Of a DNA stretch of 64,000 bases, positions 1 to 13,769 are shown piece after piece; positions within the stretch are counted from its first letter, which is position 1; each line of letters opens with the position of its first letter. Position numbers and translations under genes: made by a program. The notes beneath the pieces are model-generated. The model had not been told where the DNA came from and made no database searches. It saw only the letters and a list, made by a program, of their open reading frames with translations. Origin of the DNA: Moniliella sp. 'wahieum' (taxonomy: Eukaryota); the NCBI GenBank assembly GCA_003971905.1, contig RSEE01000011.1:806001-870000 (forward strand), read 5' to 3'.

Positions 1-194
1 AAGAAACGCGAAAACACGAAACGCGAAGCGAGAAAGAAGAAAGAGAATGAGGGGGGATGCACCGACACAGTCAGACGCCGGCGAAGAAGAGGGCGAAGCA
101 GCAAGCCAAGGAAGATACAGCAAAGGGACCCCCGGCTCGCAAAGCCGGACGAAAGACACCAGAAAACGAAAGAAAAAAGAAAAATGATGAATGA

Positions 195-397
195 ATGACG
201 AATGACGAATGACGAATGACGAACGACGAACGACAACAAAAGACAAAGGACGACCGAAGAAAGAAAAAGGAACCCCACGATTCCTGATTCCTGATTCCAG
301 ACAGGAAGCCAAGCCACCTCCACCATCCCTCATCCCTCATCCCTCATACCGAATGATGGACCATGAATCATGAATCATGAATCATGAATCACGAATC
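195..397. repeat. Cluster of four different heptamer tandem arrays: (ATGACGA)n, (GATTCCT)n, (CATCCCT)n, (ATGAATC)n
   Basis: Directly visible, 3-5 copies each. Confidence 0.9.
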
Positions 398-3300
398 ACT
401 CGTGCGCACGATGAAACGCAGCGACCCAAGCCTCCGCGTCCCCGGCCGACTGGGCCGAAAGCAAAAACAGCTTGGACTGGTGCACGATGCGTACCGTCAA
501 CTTATCCACGCGTTCCACGCGGCCAAACACACGGTGCCGGTGCTTCGGCGGCAGTGGAAGCGGAAGCGGAAGCGGAAGCGGAAGAGGAAGCGGCAGAGCC
601 ATCGGCACGCAACACGGCAAACAACTCCAACACCATCTGCGTCGCTTGGAGCAACGGGCCTGCCGAGTCAGGAGGCGGAAGTAATGGTGCAGATGCAGGT
701 TTCGTGGAGGTGGGTCCTTGGGCAGGGGGCAGACCAGCCACAGCTTCCGTCGCAGCGGCTGGGCCGCAGCTTCTTCCCCCGCTGCGCGCAGCAGCGGTAC
801 GCCGTCAGGGCGAGCTTGGAGAAAGACAGCCAGGTCAGAGCACAGGAGAAGCACAAGAGGTTGATCGACCACCGTCTGTTCCAGCGTGGGCAGCAGGACA
901 GAGGGGCGAGTCGGATGTGGTTCCGTCCCGAGCCGAACCATCTTGCGCAGAACCACAACACCATCTCGGATCAGATGCCGGTGCGGCTGGACCAACGGCG
1001 AGGGGAAGCTACCTACGATCCGAGCTGCCCATTCGGTCAAGCGTCGCGTCTGCTCGGCGGAACGCTTGGATTCGTTAATGGTATGCGCCAGTTCACGCAC
1101 TTGAACCAATGCTCGATCCAGCCGGCTGAGCGGGGCAGCTGGGACGGCTGCCGCCTTGGTACGCTCGTTGGGCTTACGCACCGAGGTGGGACGATGACTA
1201 TCGTAGACCAGGTCCAAGTTCCAGTCCATGTCCAGGCCTGCCTCGGCGGCATCCATCACCGAGGCAAACGCGGCCGCCGTGGCAATCCATGGCTCCGAAA
1301 GGGAGATGAGGGCGCTGCGAGGACTGGACTGGAGCGGTCCTGAGCCCAAGGGCGTGGACGTTGATGTCTGATGGGGCACAGGGGACGACGATGGGTCGGT
1401 ACTGGCCATGCTCGTCGACCGAGAACTGGTCACCGAGGCGGCGTGGCACGCACCAGAGCCTCCAATAGTAGTCTGTAACGCGGCACGCGTTGAACCGGGA
1501 GCATCAGGTACGACTCGATGGACATGTGCGTCCTACGTGGGTCGGCACATTTGCGCAAGTACTTTTGCCGAGCCTTACGTGCACTTTTGCCGAGAGCCAC
1601 CACTCGGGACGACTTGCCTGGCGTCAGGAGGGGTGCCAGGCTTGCGGGGTTTAAACTGGAAGCGGTGAGACTCGAGGTCATGGATGGAGTAAGAGGCGAA
1701 ACGGGTCGAGACAGGTCCCCTGACGGCGCCGAAAGGGAGGAAACCAGTTCGATAGGTGTTGTGACGGGTGACAAGGCAGGCGTGGTGGTCGAGGTCGGTG
1801 CGTGCAGCAGGGCTGCTAACCGCGCCTCAACGGCCGGAGGCACCGTCTGAGCATCCCACAACGCCGCGAGGTGTTGGGCCAAGTCGCAGTTGTTAATGTA
1901 GGTCGTGTACATGGAGAAGAAGGCCGAATGATGAAGGAAGACCTCGGCCACCTGTTCGGCAGCATCGACAGCCGTCGGGTCCGTCTCAAGGGCTTGGCTG
2001 ACAGCTTGCAGCGCAGGCAAAAAGGTTGTGGTGTGGAAATGAGAGAGAACAGGCAAGTTGCCAAAGACGATATGTTGTTCTGCCATCGGAATGGTCGGAG
2101 TTGTCGAGGGAGGTTCAGGCTGTTGCGCCGCAGCGACATAGACATCCATAAACTCTTGCATCCCACGCACGTACGACTCTTCGTGTGATAATCTCCTCGA
2201 TGATCCGTCTCCGGAGCAGAGGGTCGTCGCGCCGCTTCTCGTCAGCCAACAAGGGTGGGGACAACATCAGGCTCGGGTCCTGTGGACCGCCGCAGATCGG
2301 ACGGGGTATGAAAGGAGGTGGAAGGAGGGTGGGTGGCAGCGAGGATGGAGGCTTGGTGAGCATGTTGAGCGAGCTGCAGGTCGTGCATATCACGCAAGTA
2401 AGAGAGGAGATGTTTAATGTCGGCTCGGTGTTCAACCATCTGTCGATGAGTCCAGACATCATCATCATAATCCGAGGTATGACTGAGGTGTGAGTGACGC
2501 AACGGTTTTTTCGGGACGGGTGGTATGGTGTGGGTGACAGGGGACGACTTTCCGGTCGATGCTCGGTCGGGGAGAACAGAATGGAGTGTTAAGGGAGATT
2601 CCAGTTCCGATGATCCTGGAGTTGGATGGGAGAGCTCTTCCCAAAAATTGAAGCCTGAAAAGCGACGGATATCGAGGGGAGTGAGAGGAGCGGAAGAAGT
2701 AGTGGCGGTCACACCTGAAGGAAGACAAGTGGTTGACGTAGAAGCCAAGGCCGAAGACGAAGCCGAAGCCGATGCCGTTGCCGAAGGCGCAGGAGCAGGA
2801 GCAGGAGCAAGATCCAAATGCGATGAACGCTCGGACTTGGGTGTGCCCAAAAGGTATTAGACAGACTGCGGGGGAAGAGGAAGGGCAACGGCGGTGGCTC
2901 AAGTTTGAGGCCCTTTGGCTTGCGCAGGAAAAGCTCCATTTGGATCGGTCTTTTCGTCGGACAAGGCCTAGTGAATGGCGGCCTTTGGATGCCGACTGTA
3001 CAGACGTGTTAGGGCGGCTCAAGCCCTTGGAACTGGAGGCTCGTCGTGCGCCCAGGCCATGGAGAGAGATGGAGCTTCGTTGGGCCTTGACTCCCTGTTT
3101 GAGATCCCCCAGCGACCGTTTGGGCCGCATCGCCGACAAGATCCGAGGTGGTGTCTTGCTGGGCGCAACAGACGGCGGGCTGGCGGCGACGTCAACCTCA
3201 TCCTCTCCGCAGCTGCTGTCAGCGCGACAGACGACCGACTGGCCGAAGGCAAGTCGGGCCGGTCCAGGGGCCATGCACGATGGCTGCCACGACAGACGCC

Positions 3301-4293
3301 CAAGAGGGAGCCCAAGGGTTGCGATCGAGGTTGAGACGCTCGAGGTGGACAAGTTGATGCAGGGTAGGCGGCAGATGAGTCAGCGCATTTTGGCTGGCCG
3401 ACAAGACCTTGAGGTGATTCAGATCCCCCAGCCAGCTTGGCAGGCTCTCCAGCCCCGCGTTGTCGGCGAGAAGGACGCGGAGGGTGTGCAGGTGGGCAAC
3501 TGAGGCAGGAAGTTCGGCGAGCGGGTTGTGGGAAATGTCGAGTTCCTCCAGCACCGTGCAGAGCCCAGGGCGAGAGGCAGTTTGGTAAGGTGGCATCTAT
3601 CGATCTTGAGCACACTGAACAAAAGGACCCGCACATGCCCACGATGGTCAGCAAGGAGAAGAAAAGCAAAACGGGAGAGCAGGAAGAAGGTCTGCAATAT
3701 ACATACAGGAGGCTCGGAGCAAGAGTAGGCAGGTGTTCTTGCAAGAAATCGACTAGGTGGGGGCTGTCAATGCGGGAAAGGACGAGATGGGAGACGGTTC
3801 TGCACCAGGTGAGGGAAGGCAGGTCAGATGAGCGCGTGTTCATCCGCACGGGAGGGGGCGGGGGGGGGACGTACGGTGGGCAGTCGCAAGCTGTTCGCGA
3901 GCGCTATCGATGGAGTGGGCGGTGATGCGGATGGGGCGGGGCGGGCGAGGGAGAGACGAAGGAGAAGTAGTCGTCGGGGGGCGGGGGCCGAGGGTGAGGC
4001 CGAGGCCGAGCTCGGGGAGGGGCGGGGGAAGAGGGGCGAGACGGAGCGGCTGCGGTGCGTGGCGGGGGGTGGTGGGGGGCGAGAGGAGGGGCGAGGCGGG
4101 GCGGGAGCGGGAGTGGGAGGGCGGGGGCGGGTGGAGGCGCGCGTGGAGGCGCGCGTGGAGCGGGTGGAGGCGCTGGTGCGCGTGTGGGGCTCGGAGCTGA
4201 GGAAGGACAGGCGGAGAGGTGCGGGGATGTGCTGTGTTCCAGGATGCGTCCGGGCGTGTGGACCGAGCCGCTGGACGAGCGCGGCGGCGGCAT
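396..4293 (-). CDS. Rho guanine-nucleotide exchange factor with N-terminal leucine-rich repeats, DH domain and probable PH domain (intron, frameshifts)
   Basis: LRRs at 3219-3596 (LEELDISHNPL, LKVLSASQNAL, LERLNLDRNPW); DH motifs (RRRIIEEII, IVFGNL, FFSMYTTYINN, SIESYLMLPVQRVPRYRLLLEAL, VRELAHTINESKR); PH-like end (RHLIRDG, LLLCSDL, SAGDAEAWVAAF). Start is approximate. Confidence 0.85.
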
Positions 4294-4542
4294 GGCAGCA
4301 ACAAGCCGAGCACAGCGGCGAGCAGACGTGGAGCACGCTGGTCAACACGACGAGCACGCCCTCGTCCTCGCCTGTCCCACTCGCACGCCGTCCGCTTTCC
4401 CACGCCTGCTGCTTACCTAACGCACTCGCATCGCCCCCATCACGTGTCTGCATCACGTGCCCCATCCCTCCCAGTATATATCACCACTGCATCGCCAGTC
4501 CTAGTCAGTACCCCCATCTGATCTGTTCCATTGGATCCTCGC

Positions 4543-7500
4543 CTACCCACTCGGCCGCACCGGCTGGTCGACCCAGATGTGCGGGCTGATGCGCTCCGGC
4601 GCTCCGGGGGCAAGGCGCGGTACTCGGCCGTATCCTCCGCATCCGTGCCAGCGACCCAGCGCCGCCACGCCTCCTCCAGCCCGCGCTCCAACGAGCGCAT
4701 CCAGCCCTGCGTGTCAAACAACGCCGACGAGTCCCGCGACAAGAACAAGAACCGACGCAGCTCCACCAGCTCGCCCTCGCCCTGCCGCGTCACCGCCGCC
4801 ACGGGCGCCGCAGCGCCGCGCGGCAAGTAACGTGCTCCAACCAGTTGCTGCTGCTGTTGCTGGTGCCAGCGACGGCGGCATTGCCTGCAGGAACGGGAGT
4901 GCGTCCTGCTGGGCACGCCACCGGGCGCGACAGCCGTAGGAGCTGAAGGGTTGCATGCCAAGGCCGAAGCGGGGAAGGAGCCGACCGGGTCCGAAGGAAC
5001 CAAAGCAGGAGCAGGAGTAGGAAGAGGGACCACCTTCTGCCCGCAGGCGTCCAAATACGTGTACCGCACGCCCAAGGCGAGTTGGACCGCGCGGTCTTCG
5101 TACTCTTGGGCCGAGTGGGTGACCAACTGCGCGCCTGTGCCTGTCGCGGTCACAATGGACGCTGCGACGCGCGAGCACATTTTGTGGTGGTGCTTGGGCC
5201 AGGTGAGCACGGGTGCCGGACCAGAGTACGTCGGCCGCGGTCGTGTGGGCATACATTCGGTCGTGTCGAGGAACAAGTCGGCGATGCGGCCGCGGTGGAT
5301 GTGGACGTCTTTGGGTGCCACGTCGGTAAATACGATGCGCGCTGCCACGTCGTCCCCGGCGCTCAAGCGGGCGGCGCGTTGCAAGTGGTCCACGCCTGCG
5401 GCGGGGAACTTGAGTAGCCACAAGATAGAGTGCGGGACGCGACGAAGGATGCGCAGCCATAAGTCAAACAAGGTAGGATCAATCTTGTACAGTTGGCAGG
5501 AACAGGTAAAGATGACATACTCCTCTGGCAGGTGGGGGAACAGTTCCCGTCGTGCCAACCATCGTTTGCGTTCCTCTTCGGCCCAAAGCGCATCGGGCGT
5601 AAGGGGCAAAGATAGGGGCAAGTTGGTTTCGGGCTCGCGAAAGCCTTGTTTGTGGTCGGTAACAAAGTACGAGTGGGGCATGTAGATGAACCGTTCGCTG
5701 TACACCCAATCCTCTCGTGCTCCCTCGGGGTCCAAGTCCCCTACAAAATCCGCCGCACTGGCCAGGGAAGAAGAGGAAGAGCTGGCCAAGCGGGCTTGGG
5801 TGGCGACGTCATTTCGGGAGGACAAGCAATGGGATCAGCCACGATCCAATCGGTCCAGCCTGATACCAAGGCCCCAGCAAACCCCATAAACTCTACCTGG
5901 ACCGGCGACGGCCGAGCGGCAAACACTTCGTTCCGCGCGCCCTTGGTGTAGCCATTGAGGTTGACCAAGATGTGGATGCCATCCGAAACGATCCGTTGGA
6001 CCAACACCTCGTTAGCCCAGCCCGACACATCGAGAAAGTGCTCGGCTTCGGCCTCGATCTTGCGCCGGTACGGCGATCCGTCCGGCGGCGTGGTGCATAG
6101 CAAAATACTTCGAATCGCGTATGGTCATGCATGCCAAAACAACTCTGCATCAAATGGGCAAGCGGATGGTTGTTAAGTCCGAACTGATGTAGCCCACCTT
6201 GAGTCGCCCATGGGCATGGCCGGCGGGGGATACACGTGTGTAGGGACCCACCCTTGGGCCAAGGTGGCGTGCGAGATACGGAGCGCATTGCGGTGACAGA
6301 TCAACCGGATTTGCCGGGCAGGGAGGGGATAGGTAAACGTATGGAACGGCAGCACCGTCGGTACCACCACCGACACCATCCGTGCCGGCAACGGAATGCG
6401 AGGGTACTTGTGCGCTTCGTGCAGTTGCCGCTGCGGAACAATCAGTGTATTCTGTTGTTGGCTCGCCCTGGCACAGTCAAGGTACCATCGCCGCATGGCC
6501 CGTCGCGCACCACGTTCCGCCACACGAAGCAAGAACGATCCTTCTGCCATCACCGGACGGGCACTAGCGCCCTGGACGGACAAGGGGGACGAAGCAAAGA
6601 GGACCTCGAGTTTCCGACCCCATTCGGCCTGGGCCAACGGCGAGTAGTCGCCAATGTGGCCAAGATCCGAGTGAGCCAAACTTGTGGCGGAGCATCCGAG
6701 GCCAGCGACCGGCCCCATACACTCTCCCTTCGTCCAGCTGTCGGTTGACCAGCTGCACCACCCGGTCCATCAACCTCGGTCCTCCGTACACGTCCTCCCA
6801 CGAGCAAATGGCCAACAGCGCATTGACCAGTCCGCACAAGGCCTCGGGAAGTTGGGGTTGGCTGCCACAGCACGACGGTAATAGACTACTGAATCTTGGG
6901 TCCGGCCTTGATCTTTGATTGCGTTGCCCAGGTTGGCCAGTGCCACATCAAACACTGGGTTGCACTCGACCGCCTTGGTGTACATCCGGATCGCTTCCGG
7001 GAGGTTGCCCAGTTCTTTGATCAAGCTGCCCAGGTTGGTGTAGAGATGGGGGTGATTGGGGTCCAAGTGAAGGCCGTGTTGGTAGTAGTGCAACGCCAAG
7101 GTCTGGCCCGACACCATCTTGGCTTGTCCCGAGGCATAGATGGTGGTAGAGACGGGGATGGAGGAAAGGATGATCCCGAGGTTGTTGCATGTGGAAGCCG
7201 AGGGATGAACCGAGAGAGCAAGATAGTACATGGGCAGCAGCAGCGACACACTCGGAGGAATGCCAGCCAATGTTAACGCAGCATGCGGTCCCGCGGCCAG
7301 GCTCGAAACTGCATCCTGGTAGAGCTTGGACAGGGTGATGAGCACCGTCGACAAGGCGCTGTTGGACGCCTGAACCGACGTGCTGACTGCCGCCCGCGTC
7401 CCCCCGACCCTGTTGGACAAGCGAAGGGAGATACCATGGGTCGACTCGAAGAGCACAGCCGTTAATGTGGCAGCAGCTGGCGGGGTTAAGAGGACCATGG

Positions 7501-10374
7501 GAGGTAGCCCCTGCCCATTTCGAGCAAAGTGTGAACCAAAGCATCACCACCACGGTGCACGGCGCTCACCAATCCTTCCCGCAAGAGTGCCTCATATTTA
7601 CCCCGGCCCACCATCTGGGCCTGCAAGGGATCAGCCAGGTTGATGCCCAGTGCATTGGCCAGACGTAATGGGGCATCGGGACAGCCCGGCACGTCGACGC
7701 GAAAGTAAGAATGGCGCCAATACAAGTGGCCACCACCAAATCGCGCAAGTTGCGTGCGAGCGAGGGCAAAGGCGAGAGGACGAGCTCGACTGCGTGTTCG
7801 TACTCCTTGGCAGCCTCTTGGTTCGAGTAATTGGCCATGACGTACTTGAGATTGCCCTTGGTGTAGTATAGGTTTTGCAGTCGTGGGATCTGAACCGCCG
7901 GCAACGCAGTGGGGCACGTAGCGATGCCTGGGGAGGTCTGTCCGGTAACGTGCTGCTCCACCAACTCACAAAGCGCCAGAGCCTGGTCGAAACGTGCGTG
8001 TCCCATAACGACTTTGGGTGTCGTTGCGGGCAAGTCGACAGGGGGTAGGGGTAGGGCCGAACTTTCGACGCCAGCCTGCGTACCAAGTGGGGACAGTAAA
8101 GAACCAGCGCCTTCTTCTTGTCGTTGGAGCAGAGTACGCCAAGCAAATTGTCGTACGCGTCCCAGTACCCTGGCTTGATGTGAATCGCGCGCCACCACCA
8201 CTGTTCCGCTTCGTTCCACAGGCCCAGAGACCGGAGAGTAGTACCAATGTTGCTCATTGCCTCCACGTACTTTGGATCGAGGCGCAGGATGAGGGTGTTG
8301 TACCAGAGCGAGCCATGGTAATCGCCCGCAGTATAGTAGGCACACGACAAAAGAAGCAGCGTGGGCAGATGGAGCGGGTGAAGACCATGGAGGACGTGAA
8401 GCAAAGGGAGTAAAGTAGGATGCAGCGTCTTGGTTCCCGGCAGAGAGGTAGCATACAGGTGATGAGCAAACTGGAGCAGCTTGTCTCGACTAACTCGGAC
8501 CCTATGTCCGATTGGCTCGCCGTCGCCCCTGTGACGATCAGCATTGCCGGATCTTGCTCCTGGGGAAGGGTGGGGTACACGTTCGAAGTGCTGTACGCGG
8601 GGCCGGGCATGCCATACAACGCATCATTCTGGCCCTCCAGGGCTTTGCGTACCACAAGAAGTTTCTGCTCTTGCGTCTCCGCTGCGGGAGCGGCAGAGAA
8701 GGGAAAGGCGGAGGATGATGTGGGAGGTTGGGCCACTGACCCAACAGGATTTGCGTGTGCTTCTCTCGTTCTTAGCGCGGTCAATGTCCTCGAGATGGAT
8801 GCGCTCATAGTACCCTTCGGTCAAAGCCCGTAGAAGTGCTTGGTAGTGGCTGGCAAAGTCGGGTGGGAAGTAGGCTGGATAGACACGCGCTTCGCTCTCT
8901 GAATCATCATTGGAGGCGGGATGGAGAAAGGAAGGCGCAAGACCTGCCGTTTTCGCTCCTCGAGGAACTTAAGCGCTGCTTCTTGCTTCTCATCACCTTC
9001 AAGTCCAGCCCAGGCCTTGAGCTGGTTGATCAGGTCGGCTTGCTCCTCGGGGTCGAGGGGGAGGAAGGCAGAGGGTGAATCAGGGTCCTCGTGGCCAGGC
9101 GCGTCAGAGCGGCGGTTGTGCAGGCAGCAAAGCTAGCCAAAGCGGAAAACTCTTTCTGGCTCAGAGTGCGGACTGTTGGTATCGACGGTAACGGTATCGG
9201 GGTAAGAGAGTTCACTGTCAGCATCAACGAACACAAAAAAGAACAACGTCCAAGTGCATGGTAATGAGGGCAGAGACACGTACGAAGGCTTGGAAGTAAG
9301 GTGCATCAGTACTGGTAGGCTTGCTGGAGCCATCAAGGGCGTCCGGGGGATCCACCATCCAGCCTGTGCAGTACCGTTGGGCGTCTGGACCACCTGGAAG
9401 GGGAAAAGCTTTGTGGCAGGTGTGCGTCGTTGTCTTTCAGCAACAGCGGAACCAGCACGGGTGGAGCGAGAGGGGACGGGGGATGGGGCTGCATGCGGAG
9501 AGGAAGAGGAGGAGGCAGCATAGGCTGGGATGGGACAGATCTGGGGTGGCGGTGGGGGTGTTGGAGGTGGCCGGTTTGGCCTTGGCTGGCAGAGGCGACT
9601 GGGCCAAGCGAGCAGCCCGGCCAATAGCGGCCATCTTGGAGAAATGCTCCAGCATAAATTCGGGCGAGTCGGGGGTGGCAGCATCTGCAGCTGAGGGCCT
9701 GGCATGAGGGGCATGCTCGGCACTCCACCCAGCTTGAGGTCGGCAATAGGGTCCGACTCGTACCACTGTCGCTTATCCACACTGGCGGGAGGGAGAGGGG
9801 AGGTGCCGCTGGTCTCGGAGCTTGCTCCAGGGGTGCTCACTGTCACAGCCACAGCTGGCAGGCTCGCAGCGGCGGGGGGGCAGCAGGCCGAGTCAGTAGT
9901 TCGGGAGCAGGAGTGAGGCCGAGGGCAGCGAGGTAGGGCTCCGCGAGACTTGGCGCGTGGCGTGGCCACCACATAGCTTCCGTTGGACAGCCCTTGGGCT
10001 GCTGCTTCTTGGGCCGAGGCTTGGACAATAAGGGCGAGGACCTCGGCCTGGGCATCGGGGGCTGTGGAGGCAGTGGAGGTGGTGGAGGCAGCGGCAAGGA
10101 GGCGGGGAGGGCGGGAGGGTGGGCAGCAAGGACGCTAGTTGCGCGTAGGAGGGCGGCAGCGGGGGCGCGGGATGGCGGGCGCGGATGTGGGCTGTGGAGC
10201 ATGGGGCCCACAAGAGGAGGAGGAGAACGAAGAGGAGGAGGCGGAGAAGGAGGAGGAGAAGGAGGAGAAGGAAGCAGAAGGCGACACGAGGACGCACGCA
10301 CTGGCGTCTGGGAGATGCGCCTCCTCTTCGTCTCGACTGGGCCGACTAGGATTAAAGTGCACTTGGGCTTGACA
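4543..10374 (-). CDS. OGT: O-linked N-acetylglucosamine transferase (GT41): TPR repeats plus catalytic domain, long low-complexity N-terminus
   Basis: TPR motifs (YVEAMSNIGTTLR, HPHLYTNLGSLIK, ALANLGNAIKDQGR); catalytic motifs (NNHPLAHLMQS, DGIHILVNLNGYTKGARNEVFAARP, QLYKIDP, LWLLKFP, DLFLDTTEC, KMCSRVAAS). Multiple frameshifts; start uncertain. Confidence 0.9.
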
Positions 10375-12074
10375 TGCGCCTGCACTGGGCCAGTGTTGTC
10401 ACCCACCTCTCCTTGCAGCGCAAGCGAGGCCCTGAGAGGTTACGCTGACCGGTGAGGATGCGGTGGATGAGAGAGCGCCTGAACGTGAACGCTCAACGTA
10501 CGTTGAACGCAAGCATGCGGTAGCTGCTGGGACGGGAAGGGTTAGAGTGCGCCAGTGCCGCCGCAGCCGCAGCGGCCGCACTCGGCCCACGCGCCCATCA
10601 CGCGTCACGTCGTCTGCCCGCGCCTGCCGTGTGTCAGCACTTGCGCTCCGCCACCCATCTCCGTATGGTGCTACCCGTTGCGACGCATCGTCCTTGCTAG
10701 TCTAGTCTCTCACTTACACGTCTCGCACCCTCTCCTCGATCATCAAATCGCCCAGGACATCCACTCGCCCCACTCCCTTCCTCTCGTCGCCAGACTGCGG
10801 AGCAAAGCAGAGCTAATTCAGGAGACACCGAGAGCATGGCCGAGTCGCACAGGCATACACAGCGCGCTGAGGCGCTGCGGTCCAGCTGGCTCAGCACTGG
10901 CTCAGTCCGCCGGCTGAGCCGCCAGAGCGTCCGCGCGGGGCACCCAGCACAGCCAGCCCAGCCGCTGCGGCTGCCAGCAAGCCCCCATGCCAGAGCCCAT
11001 GCCAGCCCATCCCATCTCCAACCGGCGGAGGCACCCTGACGTCATGCAGCATGCAGCATGCGCCACCCAAGACCACCCAGCAGCCCCTGCCTCCCCCTGT
11101 GGCTTGCGGCCATTGGGCGCATGTTCCTGTCCCACGCACCCCGCCACTCTTGCCCTTCCAACCTCTTCCTCGCTCATGCATCATGCATCACACATCACAT
11201 ATCACACATCGATAAAAGCCAAAGTTAGCTCGGGCTACGCCCTGTACTCCACCTGCCCCCCCAGCCATCGCAAGCTTTGGTTTGTTGTACCTCAGGCCTC
11301 ATCGTCCCAGTATCGCTGACCAGCAGCGGCGCCTCCACCTCCACCACCCACCGTCCACCATCCCCGCTATTACATTCTCTCTACTTGGCGGGACCTAGCC
11401 TCATCGATCATCCTTTCCCCCTCTCTCCTCTTTCCCCCGCCTCCAGCTTCAAATCCCTTACTCCTTTTGATCTCCTCGATCGCATCTCAGATCCTCAGAC
11501 CTCGCCCGGCTGGACCCGCGCCAAGGAACCGCCCCCTGTCTTTGTCCCGCCCAGTCGATCTGCTGGCCGTAGTCCACTAAGAACAGGTTTACTAACGCTT
11601 AACGTTGCGCTCCTGAGCGCTCAGCTTGAGCGCTCCTAGCCCCTTCCCCCCCCCCACAAGTTCACAGGTTGATATACACGTTGTGCATCCTGCTCCGACG
11701 AAGGTGGGCGCGCAGTGCTGCGCCCAAAGGCGTCGATCTGTCCGCTCTCTGAACAACAACGCGGAGCGGACAAAATCCCGAATGTCTGCTGTCTACTCTT
11801 TTTCGTATGGTATACCCCCTGGACGAGTCCACATAATCCGAATCTCAATCGATATCCTCATCGACCCCAGCTGCCATAGAACTCTTAGATGGTAGAACTA
11901 GTAGGCGGTCAAGACAGCTTATTGGGGGGAAATATACATCTTCTATTACCATATGGCAGGAGGTATGATATGTGCTCCCATCAAAACACGTAAGGGCGGC
12001 CACAGGTAAAGAGGGAATCATGATGAGGTTGTGTTGAGTAGAGCTGGATGGAGAGCGAGCCAAATGACCACCAG

Positions 12075-13769
12075 CTAGATGGTAAACTTCCATCGTCCCT
12101 CTCAAACCCCTGTAACGTATGCTTGACCACCACTTGGCGGCGGCGTTCCGCATAGACGGCCAAGTCGCGCACCTTGGCTTGGAACGCCAGCCACGTCGCC
12201 GGGTCGATGGTAGTCTGGAATTGCTCCGACAACTCTTCGACTGCGCGTTCCAAATCGCGCTGATTGTCCTCCCATATCTCTACCTCCTCATTGCGCTCGA
12301 GGTAAAACGCCATGGCATAGGTCCACTTGAGCGTGTGCCGAGATCGGCTTGCTGCAGGCACCCATCTGTTGCAACACGTTCAACGGAGTCCAACCCAGCT
12401 GGCTCTCTCTTGGAGCTGGTGCACTTGGCCAACCACGTTACGGGCCCACTTTTCGTCCAGTTGGGCAGAACGGTGATGATTCCGATACCGCTTAAGGTAA
12501 TGTTGGTACCGCATCAATGCGACCCTCGCGTCCCTCTGGTTCTGTTGGTCTTGGGGAAGAAACCGATTGCAAGTCCACGCGTCGGTGTGAATGTGCCAGT
12601 CTCTCGAGCAGACCCAGCAAATTCGTGCCCGCATTGTCGACAGGTCATGTGGTTGCACCCGCATTCTTTTCGATGCTCGATGCGCAGTGGGGGCAGGGTT
12701 TGGTATGCAACCGGAGCCAATTGAACGTCTCGCTCTCATCGCACATCTTTTGCAACCACGCCTGGACGATCGGGCACGGGCAGGGGGCATGCGCCTCCTC
12801 GTGGCCGCAAGCAAAGCAGAACGGGGCATGACCTCGACGGCCGCAGGTGACAGCCGGGTCGAGCATAGCCCACCTACGCGACGAGGAGGGATACTAATAC
12901 TACATTGGACCGCCATGTCGCACCGGGGCTAGGACACCAGCGCAACGAACCAAGGTGGTCCACCAACAGCCGGTTGAGCCGCCGACGGTACTTGGCCCAC
13001 ACCTCGACCGACACCAGCTTCTTGATTAGCCCGTCCCCCAACACCACCTTGCAGTCCTCGTCATGCACTTGATTTTCGGTGCTTGATACTCGTCAATCTG
13101 CAGCGTAAGACAGTGGGTATAACAATCGGTGCAGTACCGGTGCCCACGCAAGCCCGAGAACCTGCATCGTTGTCCCCTCCTGGTCATGGCTCTGTCGTGG
13201 AGCAGACGAAGCCACTGGAACTAACTCCAGTAGAACTGTAGCACACCTTACAGGTAAAATCGTCGACGGCCGTTAAGGTCTGAAGGATCGGTGGGGGGGC
13301 ATGCAGCAGGACGCCAGCTTCCGTATGCAAATCATGTGTTGGGCATGCAAGAAGTTGGTCAAACAAGCGTTCTTTGTCCCATTTGAGGTGGCGCAGGAGC
13401 GTTGCTGCTTCGTTCATCTGGGGGAGGGGAGAAGTATGAAATAGGAAGACGATGGAAAGGTTAGCTATATGGCCGATTGAAGGGGTGGAGATCATAGGAG
13501 AGGGGAAAGGAGGGAGAAGGACGTACATCGTAATTGAACGTGGTAGCCGTCGTGGACCATCTCGGTTTCCATGCGAACCAGCTGCCGCTCGGTAAGCGGG
13601 GAGCAGTCGACTTCGTACGGCATGTTTTGATCGGAGTCCTCTTCCCAGTGTAGACTCGTGATTCCGTGTTCATTCTCACTGGATCGCTGCCAAAGTCAAA
13701 AATAAAGTCTTCGACCGAGCCTTCATCGTCGGATCCAGGCGTAGAGTTCAAGCTGTCGCCAATGTTCAT
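12075..13769 (-). CDS. Ariadne-family RBR E3 ubiquitin ligase (ARI1/HEL1-like)
   Basis: Acidic N-terminus; LLRHLKWDKERL; RING1 (FTCKVCY); IBR (LRWCPSP, FCFACGHEEAHAPCPC); RING2 (TKPCPHC, GCNHMTCRQC); Ariadne domain (SRHTLKWTYAMAFYL, EDNQRDLERAVEELS). Confidence 0.9.
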
